Assembly (NCBI RefSeq): GCF_964213995.1
Contig: NW_027590264.1
Coordinates: 372,001-436,000 of the forward strand
DNA from: Mustelus asterias
Taxonomy: Eukaryota
Reading direction: 5' to 3'
Length of the DNA stretch: 64,000 nt
Below the pieces are notes generated by a model, which saw nothing but the letters and a program-made list of their open reading frames with translations, was not told the DNA's origin and ran no database searches. The translations under genes and the position numbers were made by a program. Every line of letters begins with the position of its first letter. The stretch's first letter is position 1. Positions 1 through 8,739 of this stretch are shown piece by piece.

Positions 1-270
1 ATGCCGCAGTCAAAGGTTCCAGGAAACTGGGAGGGGATATGGAGAGAGGGTTGTTCAATGTTAGAGTCATGGAAAACACATCGAAAGGAAAAAAGTACAT
101 TGGAGTAATGAAATAGATTTATGAAGGTCGCTCTCAGTATAACTGTACGCTGGAGTTAATACAATTCCTGACGTTGTTTTTGTTTTGAGACTGCCGGTGA
201 CTCAGACTTTGGAGGCGGAGTTTTTGATTTTGTTTAGCAATGAGAGCGGTGTCTGGAACCCCCAGTGTGG

Positions 271-309
271 GATTTTTGTCCCGAATCTGCTACTTCTCTG
301 CTGGCTGTG
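271..309 (-). other. 23-RSS of the V pseudogene
   Basis: CACAGCC (309-303), 23-nt spacer, ACAAAAATC (279-271). Confidence 0.85.
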
Positions 310-490
310 TGGCACAGAAATGCGGTGTCAGAGAAAACATCTCCCGTGATATTTCAAGGGACCGTTTTGTTTCCTTTGTGGAAATCAGCAGAGATCTTGC
401 CTTGTACGTTTGGAAACATTTTTTCAGCCCTCAGCAAAGGAGAGCGTCTGGAGAATGTATCCACAAGAATGATCCCAGCAGATCCGAACA
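310..490 (-). pseudogene. TCR V (TRAV-like) pseudogene, 3' half only
   Basis: The minus strand translates as ...YILQTLS../EKMFPNVQGKISADFHKGNKTVP*NITGDVFSDTAFLC. This resembles FR3 of the V at 5496-5802 (PDFPDRFSADLDKDKKTVLLNIAG). It has an in-frame stop and a damaged YYC motif, and an RSS follows directly. The 5' limit is approximate. Confidence 0.8.
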
Positions 491-915
491 GAGGAGTTCG
501 CTGTCAGGCTCACGTCAAACTGAGCAATAGGGTGCAGCCCTTTAACGTGTATTTGATAAACCAACCTTTTTAACACACGCTAAATTTGGAATTTTAACCT
601 ATTCACTGTCATTGTATTTTCCCGCTCTGTTTGATACGTCACTATCACAGAAAAAAAATCTTAGATCATCTTCCCAATTGACACCCGTCTCAAACTCAGT
701 CTGATCATTGACAGTGACTCAAATACTCGGAACATCTTCATCCACATTCAACACTTGCATTTCCTTCTTCAAGGCGAATTCTTTCAGATCAATTGAAGGG
801 AAAAATGTCTCTGAGCTCAATTAGGCTCAACCTAGCTGTGTTTACTCGTCTAGCTCTGAACAGCAGAGTGTATCGCCAATGTCTCAGTTCTCTGTCATCA
901 ACAATTGTGTTTAAG

Positions 916-927
916 CCAATGACGTCA
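916..927 (+). promoter_or_regulatory. V promoter: CCAAT box overlapping a CRE (TGACGTCA)
   Basis: CCAATGACGTCA lies ~150 bp upstream of the leader ATG at 1078. A CRE-containing element is typical of TCR V promoters. Confidence 0.65.
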
Positions 928-1077
928 GACCAGTGAGATCCAGTGATTTCAGATCTACCGAACATACGTTAGGAAGTGAGGTCAGACCAGCCTCAGCCAA
1001 TGGTCTCAGTTTTATCTTGTTCGATATTCGAAGCTTTTGGAGACACAAGACGTCCCTAGAATCTTGGAACAGCAGCA

Positions 1078-1123
1078 ATGCGGCGCTCCGTCCTCACTGT
1101 GATCTGGGTGACATTCGTTGTCG
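1078..1123 (+). CDS. TRDV: Leader exon of TCR V segment 1
   Basis: MRRSVLTVIWVTFVV is a hydrophobic signal peptide. It ends at a phase-1 donor G|GTACGT (GT at 1124). Confidence 0.85.
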
Positions 1124-1790
1124 GTACGTTTAACACTTTAAAAATGAGTGTAACTTCGAGAGGAATAAACTTCAAAAGCAGGGCGCTCCAGTTCATCAGA
1201 CATCGGGCCTGCCATAGAGCACTTGAGTCTTTGCTCTTGGCTTTTCCTTACAGGACTATCGGTTGGCAAATAGCACAGCAAGCCTGATACCAGAATTGGG
1301 ATATGACATCGATCAGAATGCAATCTAAACATTATGGTTCATTTCTCTTCTGGCTGGAGACTAAAGAGTAACTTGATTGATGTATTCACAATAAGGTTCA
1401 GTCAGGTGGACGGGGAAAGGAAGATTCCACTCGGGGAGGATTCCAAATGGATGTCCCATCAATCTGAGTCAAATGAAAAGATTAACTGGAAATTACAGCA
1501 AATCTACTTTCGAGGGAGCTCTGTAGAAAGTGACTCACATTAAAACAATGAGACACTTGAACGGAGGAGTAAAGACACAGTTGGGGGAGACCTAGATTAG
1601 CCGCTGAGGGGGAAAGGGGCAGAGGCATTTGAGATGAGGTGGGACGGCGGATTCTCCTGGGGATACTGAACGGGAACTAGATTAGTTGATGCGAATGTGA
1701 GATTATTTAAAGCCTATTTTTATGCTGCATCGTCTGCGAATGTTCACCCTCAGTTCTGCTGAATGTTTTTTCTTTAACCGTGTGTTCCAG

Positions 1791-2094
1791 ATCTGAGCGA
1801 TGGGGATTCTGTTACTCAGGGGGAATCCTCACTCACACGGACAGAGGGGGAAGATGTCACTTTAAGCTGCACCTATACCGACGATGCATATTATTTATTC
1901 TGGTACCGTCAATACCCAGGCAGACAGCCCGTGTTTGCGGTCCGGAGGCATACTGGCGGCGGTGATGAATTGAAGGCGGATTTCGCTCAGACCCGTTTTT
2001 CCGATACAATCCAGAAGTCAGAAAAGTTGTACCGATTGACCATCTCGGAGTTGCTGCTGTCTGACACTGCGGTCTATTACTGTGCACAGAGTCT
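1791..2094 (+). CDS. TRDV: TCR alpha/delta V exon 1 (delta-like), apparently functional
   Basis: Acceptor TTCCAG| at 1790, then an open frame (D)LSDG-DSVTQGESSLTRTEGEDVTLSCTYTDDAYYLFWYRQYPGRQPVFAVRRHTGGGDELKADFAQTRFSDTIQKSEKLYRLTISELLLSDTAVYYCAQS. Cys, WYRQ and DTAVYYC are canonical. The alpha versus delta assignment is tentative. Confidence 0.93.
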
Positions 2095-2133
2095 CACAGT
2101 GATGAACATGAGTGAAATCCTCGTACAAAAACT
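2095..2133 (+). other. 23-RSS of V1
   Basis: CACAGTG (2095-2101), 23-nt spacer, ACAAAAACT (2125-2133). Confidence 0.97.
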
Positions 2134-2362
2134 GCCGCAGGTTTCTGGGCCACAGCTGCTGTCTACTGGGTCCCGTTTACAACAGCGGGTCTGACATTGG
2201 CACCTGAATATATTCCCGTGAACTCAAACCCCGAGAACAATCCACATAAACACCATTTAAAACCGTTCACATCGAAGGCAGATTCCTGCTGATTCTTAGA
2301 TTCGCTGGACGAGGGAAGAATTGGCTGCTCTTTAATTGGGGGTCACTGGGAACTCGGCACTA

Positions 2363-2860
2363 ACAAAGAACAAAGAACAATACAGCACAGGAACAGGCCC
2401 TTCGGCCCTCCAAGCCCGCGCCGCTCCCCGGTCCAGGATTGAATCCTGAATCCAGGATCCCCGCCCAATTTTCCAGCCTATCTACATCCTAATATCCTAT
2501 CCACCGAGCTGTCCCTCACAGCTACGATGCTTTGTTCATCACAACCTATTAACTCACCCCCACCCCCCCATTCCAGACCATGTGATCTCCAGGGAGAGGC
2601 GAAAACCCAGAGTGAAAACCCCAGGGCCAATATGGGGAAAAGAAAATCTGGGAAATTCCTCTCCGACCCCCTGTGGCGATCGAAACGAGTCCAGGAGATC
2701 ACACTGGCCCTGATCGGGAAATGCTTCCCAACCCTATTCATTTCCACTTCTGCTTTACGAACACCATCTGAATTCCCTGCCCCCGAGACAGGTTCCCAAC
2801 TATCCGCAGTCTCGCTCTGTACTGGCACCACCAAGATGATCATAGAATGAAGCCTTGAAA
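2363..2860 (-). mobile_element. CR1-type LINE 3' UTR fragment (or derived non-autonomous element)
   Basis: The minus strand ends in the CR1-like terminal stem and short repeat tail GGGCCGAAGGGCCTGTTCCTGTGCTGTATTGTTCTTTGTTCTTTGTT. The same tail type ends CR1 fragments at ~20480 and ~27720. Confidence 0.7.
2578..2712 (+). ncRNA. Candidate structured RNA (multi-helix with pseudoknot), antisense within the CR1 3' UTR
   Basis: Nested helices: 2581-2590/2694-2703, 2593-2599/2658-2664, 2606-2611/2647-2652 and 2619-2623/2633-2637. A loop-tail pairing joins 2622-2629 and 2705-2712. Internal loops are A-rich on the + strand. Function is unknown. Confidence 0.5.
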
Positions 2861-2882
2861 CCATATTTCTAATTAATTGTAG

Positions 2883-3115
2883 GTGTTATTGATGCATATG
2901 CCATCTCACAGGAACCGTTTTATGACAACGTTTGAAGGAGATTCGGTAATGAATGATTTCAGCAATTCGACCACAGCTAATTCATATTGATTACAGCTGC
3001 ACTGTCAGGATCAGGAAAAAGCCCCCACATTCTTGATCCACATCCCTAAATATGGCGATGTTTTCAGACCAGACCAGAGGGAGTGGGGACTCAATTTTCT
3101 GCATCCATTAAAAAT
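2883..3115 (+). pseudogene. Degenerate TCR V pseudogene (delta-like), frameshifted, 3'-truncated
   Basis: Acceptor TGTAG| at 2882, then (G)VIDAYAISQEPF / TTFEGDSVMNDFSNSTTANSY*LQLHCQDQEKAPTFLIHIPKYGDVFRP / GVGTQFSASIK. This keeps V framework spacing (ISQ..EG.SV..KAPTFLI..FSA). No YYC or RSS was found. Confidence 0.7.
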
Positions 3116-3343
3116 TGTCAATGTTATCAAGTTAACGGAATTGTTTGCAAGCAGTGGAAAAACAGATAAACGGGTGATTTCCAAATCCGTATCGCAAGCA
3201 AAGTGAAACTTATTCAATTTCGGAACTTGCCAGTTAAGTGCTCTGCAGCTGTGACGATTTCTGCAAAGGTAACATTTAATATGTTCACAGAGCTGATGCT
3301 GGATCTGAACGCCAGGTTAAAGTCCAACAGGGTTTATTTGGTA

Positions 3344-3382
3344 GCACAAGCTTTCGGAGTGTCGCTCCTTCTCCAGGTGAGT
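3344..3382 (-). ncRNA. Second hammerhead-like motif (core mutated)
   Basis: Minus strand reads CTGGAGA-AGGAG-CGACA-CTCC-GAAA-GCTTGTG. The first core box has G in place of the conserved A. Confidence 0.5.
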
Positions 3383-4744
3383 GAGGAGCTGTGTTCACAA
3401 ACAGGGCATATACAGACACAAACTCAATTAAAACGATAATGGTTGGATTGCGAGCCTTTACAGGTAATCAAGTCTTAAATGTACAGATAACGTGAGTGGA
3501 GAGGGGGTTAAACACAGGTTAAAGAGATGTGTATTGTCTCCAGCCAAGACAGTTAGTGAGATTTTTCAAGCCCAGGCAAGTCGTAGGGGTTACAGATAGT
3601 GTGACATGAACCCAAGATCCCGGTTGAGGCCTTCCTCATGTGTGCGGAGCTTGGCTATCAGTTTTGCTCAGCGATTCTGCGTTGTCGTATGTCGTGAAGG
3701 ACGCCATGGAGAACGCTTACCCAAAGATCAGAGGCTGAATGCCCGTGACTGCTGAAGTGTTCCCAACAGGAAGAGAACACTCCTGTCTGCTGATTGTTGA
3801 GCGGTGTTCATTCATCTGTTGTCGTAGCGTCTGCATGGTTTCCCCAATGTACCATGCCTCGGGACATCCTTTCCTGCAGCGTATCAGGTAGATAATGTTG
3901 GTCGAGTCACAAGAATATGTACCGTGTACCTGGTGGATGCTGTTCTCACGTGAGATGATGGCATCCGTGTCGATGATCCGGCACATCTTGCAGAGGTTGC
4001 TATGGCAGGGTTGTGTGGTGTCGTGGTCACTGTTCTCCTGAAGGCTGGGTAGTTTGCTGCTGACAATGGTCTGTTTGAAGTTGTGCGGTTGTTTGAAGGC
4101 AAGAGGTGGGGTGTGGGGATGGCCTTGGTGAGATGTTCGTCTTCATTGACGACATGTTGAAGGCTCCGGAGAAGACGTCGTAGCTTCTCTGCTCCGGGGA
4201 AGTACTTGGTGACGAAGGGTACTCTGTCCGCCGTGTCCCGTGTTTGTTTTCTGAGGAGGCCGGTGCGGTTTTTCGCTGTGGCGCGCCGGAACTGTCGATC
4301 GATGAGTCGAGCGCTATATCTTGTTCCTATGGAGGGTGTCTTTCAGCATCTGTAGGTGTCTATTGCGATCCTCCTCATCCGAGCAGATCCTGTGTATTCG
4401 GAGGGCTTGTCCGTAGGGGATGGCTTCTTTAACATGTTTAGGGTGGAAGCTGGAGAAGTGGAGCATCGTGAGGTTATCCGTGGGCTTGCGGTACAGTGAA
4501 GTGCCGAGGTGACTGTCCTTAATTGAGATGCATGTGTCCAAGAATGCAACCGATTCCGGAGAGTAGTCCATGGTGGCTGTCCTGTCTGGAGACAATACAC
4601 ATCTCTTTAGCCTGTCTTGATGCTCTCTCCACTCACATTGTTTGTATCTTAAAGACTTGATTAGCTGTAAGTATTCGCATTCCAACCATTATTCATGTAA
4701 ATTGAGTTTGTGTCTTTATAAGCTCTGTTTGTGAACAGAATTCC

Positions 4745-4787
4745 CACTCACCTGAAGAAGGGGCTTGGAGCTCCGAAAGCTTGTGTG
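4745..4787 (+). ncRNA. Minimal hammerhead-ribozyme-like motif in the pLTR
   Basis: CTGAAGA, then A-GGGGC-TTGGA-GCTCC, then GAAA-GCTT. This gives the CUGANGA and GAAA core boxes, stem II, and a palindrome at stem III, as known for Penelope pLTRs. Confidence 0.6.
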
Positions 4788-4957
4788 GCCTTTGCGACCA
4801 AATAAACCTGTTGGACTTTAACCTGGTGTTGTTAAACTTCTTACTGTAAAAACTAACAGACAGCAGTCTCGCCGAGCTGGTGCTGGATCTGAACTCAGTG
4901 AGTTCAAACTGTTTTAGTTCAGAGTTCAGAAGATGGTGAGTAATATCCGGCCTCACT

Positions 4958-5079
4958 GGCGATTGGTTCATTCCTGACAAAGAGCCAGCAGGAGGCACCC
5001 AATCAGCTCACAGCTTCTCTGTCCTACATTTCATCCAATCAGCTCAGAGAGTCTTTGTTCTCCAATGCATGACGTCAGA
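4958..5079. promoter_or_regulatory. Orphan V-type promoter module (multiple CCAAT boxes plus CRE)
   Basis: GCGATTGGTTCA is identical to the motif upstream of V2. CCAATCAGCTCA occurs twice. CCAATGCATGACGTCAGA (CRE 5070-5077) resembles the V1 promoter. Confidence 0.5.
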
Positions 5080-5456
5080 GCGAGGAGCCGGAACCATTAG
5101 AATCTGTTCTCAGACAATGAACTGGACTCGAAGAAGCGGAACGACCGAATGGTGATGTCGCTCTTTGACAAAGTGAGGGCATGGAAACGAATATTGGTCA
5201 TTTTCCGGAGTTCATCTTTGAGATAGGACGCAGATGGATCTTGGTTAACGTTGTGGCAACAGCGGCAGAGTTTTCCATTGGAAGAGTTGCTCCAAAGGGC
5301 TATAAAAATGGAATTTATATAGAATGGCACATTCAGCACCATGGAAAGAGAGCATTCGGGCTAACTCTTCGTTATGCTATTGTCTTGTTTATATTAACAG
5401 TTCACAATCCAGGTCACAGATCTGATTCAGTGAGAGGAGGTGAGAGTGCCTTTGTT

Positions 5457-5495
5457 GGTTTTTGTACGGGCTGACTGTGTCTCTGTAACAGTGTG
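5457..5495 (-). other. 23-RSS of V2
   Basis: CACACTG (5495-5489), 23-nt spacer, perfect ACAAAAACC (5465-5457). Confidence 0.96.
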
Positions 5496-5802
5496 GGGCT
5501 CAGCGCACAGTGATACACGGCACAGTCAGAGACATGGACACCGGCGATATTTAAAAGAACCGTTTTCTTGTCCTTGTCCAAATCAGCAGAAAACCGGTCA
5601 GGGAAATCTGGAGACTTTTCTCCGCCACCCGTGCCATATTTCTGCAGTAAATATCTCGGAGCTTCCCCGGGATACTGGATGTACCAGAAGAGATTTGGAA
5701 AAGCATTTTTTGCTGTGTAATTACAATTCACTGTTACGTTCAATCCTTCCTGAACCGTTAATTCAGCCGGGTCCTGGGAAACTGAATCTTGGCCATTGAT
5801 TC
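5496..5802 (-). CDS. TRAV: TCR alpha/delta V exon 2 (alpha-like), open frame
   Basis: Acceptor TTGCAG|, then (G)INGQ-DSVSQDPAELTVQEGLNVTVNCNYTAKNAFPNLFWYIQYPGEAPRYLLQKYGTGGGEKSPDFPDRFSADLDKDKKTVLLNIAGVHVSDCAVYHCALSP. Confidence 0.93.
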
Positions 5803-5887
5803 CTGCAACAAAATGTAGAATGTGTGAGAAATCTGTGAACAAATATAACCCATGAAACACACACTGAGGATTTGAACTCAGACTCAC

Positions 5888-5933
5888 CGGGCAGCGTGGC
5901 CATTATTATCAGTAAAGCACACAGGGAACACAT
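5888..5933 (-). CDS. TRAV: Leader exon of V2
   Basis: MCSLCALLIIMATLP ending at a phase-1 donor G|GTGAGT. The intron is 85 nt. Confidence 0.88.
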
Positions 5934-6063
5934 GGTTCCTGATAGGACAGTAAGCAGCGACAATGTTTACAATAAGTTGCTGCCTCTAGTCTTATATCAC
6001 AGAGTCAACTCAGATCAGAGGCAGCTTCTATTATTAGGAAACTGGGAGGCGTTTCTCAGTGCT

Positions 6064-6094
6064 GCGATTGGTTCATCTCCCTGAGCTGACGTCA
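6064..6094 (-). promoter_or_regulatory. V2 promoter: CRE and CCAAT box
   Basis: TGACGTCA at 6087-6094 and CCAAT on the minus strand at 6071-6067, ~140-160 bp upstream of the ATG. Confidence 0.65.
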
Positions 6095-6102
6095 GCTGCG
6101 AA

Positions 6103-6424
6103 TCATAAAATCCCTACAGTGCAGAAGGAGGCCATTCGCCCCATCGAGTCTGTACCGGTCACAATCCCACCCAGGCCCCACTCCCGCAACTCCGTGTATT
6201 TACCCTGCGTATCCCCTGAGACTCGGGTCAATTTAGCATGGCCAATCAACCCAACCTGCACATCTTTGGACTGTGGGAGGAATCAGCAGCAGCCGAAGGG
6301 GACCCACGTAGACACGGGGAGAACATGCAAACTTCATACAGAAAGTGATCCGAAGCCGGAATTGAACCCGGGTCCCTGACACTGTGAGACAGCAGCGCTA
6401 ACCATTGTGGCATCATGCCGCCCC
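6103..6424 (-). mobile_element. tRNA-derived SINE (HE1-like, CR1 tail)
   Basis: tRNA-like head with A/B boxes (TGGTTAGC...GGTTCAATTCC) and a CR1-like tail. Confidence 0.85.
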
Positions 6425-6673
6425 GTAACCAGTGAAGCAATCACTGTTAGTTAATGATTTAATATAGCTGGCTCTTTCCAATCACATTCCTTCCCTGGCC
6501 GTAAACGTATTTCTAAGTTCCTTGTTCTGTCTCTGCTCTCTCCCACATAACCAGTTATTGTGTCTCATGAACTGGTGAACTCGCTTTCCTCAGAACTCAG
6601 TCCATCAATCTTTCTGAAGGCAGATCCTTTTTTTCTAATTCAGGTGAAAAGTGAAATTAATTTAATCATTTAT

Positions 6674-6965
6674 GGGCGACACGGTGGCGCAGTGGTTAGC
6701 ATTGCTGCCTCACAGCCCCAGGGACAGGGGTTCGATTCCAGCCTCGGGTCACTGTCTCTGTGGAGTTTGCACTTTCTCACCGTGTCTGCGTGGGTTTCCT
6801 CAGGTGCTCCAGTTTCCTTCCACAGTCCTAAACTGTGCAGGTTTGCTGGATTGGCCACGCAAAATTAGCCTAAGTGTCAGGGGATAGCAGGTTAAATATG
6901 TGGGTTACGGGGATAGGGCCTGGGTGGGATTGTTGTCGGGACAGGCTCGTTGATCCTAATGGCCA
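6674..6965 (+). mobile_element. tRNA-derived SINE (HE1-like)
   Basis: GGGCGACACGGTGGCGCAGTGGTTAGC...GGTTCGATTCC head and conserved body. Confidence 0.85.
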
Positions 6966-7052
6966 TGACTCAACATAATTAATAGTTAGTGCTGTAAGTG
7001 TACCGGGGATAAGTCGTCACTCAACTCTGCACCAGGAAATATTTCACGGACT

Positions 7053-7520
7053 CATAACATAGAAACTAGAAGCAGGAGCCTTCTCCGCCAATCATCGTAA
7101 TCATAGCTGATCATGGAATTCAATATCCTGATCCCCCTTCCCCCTCGCCCATATCCCTCGACCCCTTTAGCCCCAAGAGCTATATCAAATTTCTTCTTGA
7201 AATCAGACAACGTTTTGGCCTCAACTACATTCGGTGGAACTGAATTCCATACATCCAACACTCTCTGGATGAAGGAATTTCCCTTCACCTCAGTTTATCC
7301 CTTATCTTCAAAAGATGACCCTTAGTTCTGGATTCCACCATTGGGAACAGTCTCCTGAATCCACCCTGTCTAACCCTGTTAGAATTTTATAAGTTTCTAT
7401 GAGATCCCCTCACACTGATCGAAACCCCAGTGAATATAATCCTAACGGATTTAATCTCTCCTCATATGACAGAGCTGCCATCCCAGGAATCAGCATGGTA
7501 AATCTTCACTGTACCCCTCT
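7053..7520 (-). mobile_element. CR1 LINE 3' fragment
   Basis: Translates to FIQRVLDVWNSVP..VVEA..FKKKFD..GVEGYG, the CR1 ORF2 C-terminus. Confidence 0.85.
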
Positions 7521-7629
7521 ATTCCCCAAATAGAAAAGCTCTGATTTCAATCAGTTATTATTTCTGCTCCACGGACTTGAAAATGGGACAATTCTGAGGC
7601 TGCATTTGACAATAGATCACTTTTAAAAT

Positions 7630-7830
7630 GTGTGGCCGGGCAGATAGGCACCGAATCCAGAATCTTTCTAAGTACAGATTAAGGAAGTTATTCACCCGGG
7701 ATAATCTGCAGATTTTGTGCGGATGGGGTCGGAGAATGGTTGGATTTGATCCGGGAATAATAGGACGGCAAATGTGACATTTCACAACACTGACAATGGC
7801 TGAGCTCAGTGGGGGAATATTATTCAGCTG
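7630..7830 (+). pseudogene. Possible highly decayed V relic
   Basis: Scattered FR3-like pieces across frames (ADFV..., FDPG/NNRTANVT, EYY). No RSS. Weak call. Confidence 0.25.
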
Positions 7831-7910
7831 GGGCTGTATTGTGGCCTTCATTTTCTGCGCATTTTCGTTGAGATCCGACTCTTTTTCTCTGACCCTGAAA
7901 CGTCTGCGTC

Positions 7911-7949
7911 ACTTTTTGTCTGAGGCCCGCGGGAGCCTCACTCACTGTG
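7911..7949 (-). other. 23-RSS of V3
   Basis: CACAGTG (7949-7943), 23-nt spacer, ACAAAAAGT (7919-7911). Confidence 0.95.
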
Positions 7950-8259
7950 GGTCTCAGTGCACAGTAATACACGGCGCTGTCCCTCATCTTCAAATCTTTC
8001 ATGGACAAGTGAAAAGTGCTTTGTGTCTGGTTGAGATTCCCGCTGAAGTGTCCAAAGCCGGGAGCCGTATCGGTAAACCCATAACTATTGGCTCTGAGCA
8101 GATACTGAGGAGCTCGGTGTGGATACTGGCGATACCAGAACAGGTGATGCTGTATAGCTGAACTCGGCACAGAGTAACTGCAGGGTATTGCTGAATCTTC
8201 ACCCTCTGCTGCTTCAACTCCTGGTTCTGACTGGAACACTGAGTCTCCGTTACTCATCT
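7950..8259 (-). CDS. TRAV: TCR alpha/delta V exon 3 (alpha-like), apparently functional
   Basis: Acceptor TTTTCAG|, then (E)MSNG-DSVFQSEPGVEAAEGEDSAIPCSYSVPSSAIQHHLFWYRQYPHRAPQYLLRANSYGFTDTAPGFGHFSGNLNQTQSTFHLSMKDLKMRDSAVYYCALRP. Confidence 0.94.
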
Positions 8260-8386
8260 CTGAAAATAAACAGCGGACGCACAGCGGGTTAGGAGACAGA
8301 GGAAGACGATAGTCACACAGCGCTGGGAAAGGGAAATTGCACAAGGTTTGCGATATACTTTACAATCTGTGACCAGAATCACTGAC

Positions 8387-8420
8387 CTGGGATCAGTGCA
8401 ATAACTAGAATCAGGAACAT
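8387..8420 (-). CDS. TRAV: Leader exon of V3
   Basis: MFLILVIALIP ending at a phase-1 donor G|GTCAGT. A CCAAT box lies on the minus strand at 8532-8528. Confidence 0.85.
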
Positions 8421-8620
8421 TTTCACCCCCAGCGTTCCAGTCTGAGCTCCAGAAACGGAAACAATGATCTCTGTCTGTACCGGACCTGGAATGTGAGAAG
8501 TTGAAAGAGTCAACAAGGTGTGGTGCGATTGGCTGGGGTTTATTTCCCCACCCATTTTTATATCTGCAAATAGTCACTCTCTGCAGAAGGCAACTGTGAT
8601 GTTCGGTAAGTGATCAGAGA

Positions 8621-8634
8621 GCGCCCTCCCGTGG
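8621..8634 (-). promoter_or_regulatory. CTCF-like motif upstream of V3
   Basis: Minus strand CCACGGGAGGGCGC, an imperfect match to CCASYAGRKGGCRS. Confidence 0.4.
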
Positions 8635-8739
8635 ACATTACAACCGCATTGGGAACAGACGCAGAAACAAGAGCCCAGATATACACACGCCGAGAAATAT
8701 AAAGACCCAGAAATACCCAGTGCAGCTACAACACGGACA

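Larger units (their letters stand above)
3311..4846 (-). mobile_element. Penelope-like retroelement, 5'-truncated, with inverted terminal (pLTR) segments
   Basis: Minus-strand RT C-terminus (FLDTCISIKDSHLGTSLYRKPTD..HPKHVKEAIPYGQALRIHRICSD) and GIY-YIG endonuclease (NIIYLIRCRKGCPEAWYIGET). Segment ~3311-3545 is the inverted counterpart of ~4585-4830. Confidence 0.9.

Noticed and set aside
5097-5474. ORFs between the orphan promoter and the V2 RSS as another V or C exon
   Set aside because: No Ig-domain Cys/Trp spacing and no RSS in the frames examined.
6674-6750. tRNA genes
   Set aside because: The A/B-box sequences are SINE heads continuing into the SINE body, and none forms a complete cloverleaf.
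1078-8420. NARTCR or IgH-like (TAILV) V segments
   Set aside because: All three intact Vs have their own leader exons, conventional TCR frameworks and no CDR1 cysteine. No D-J cassette lies between them.
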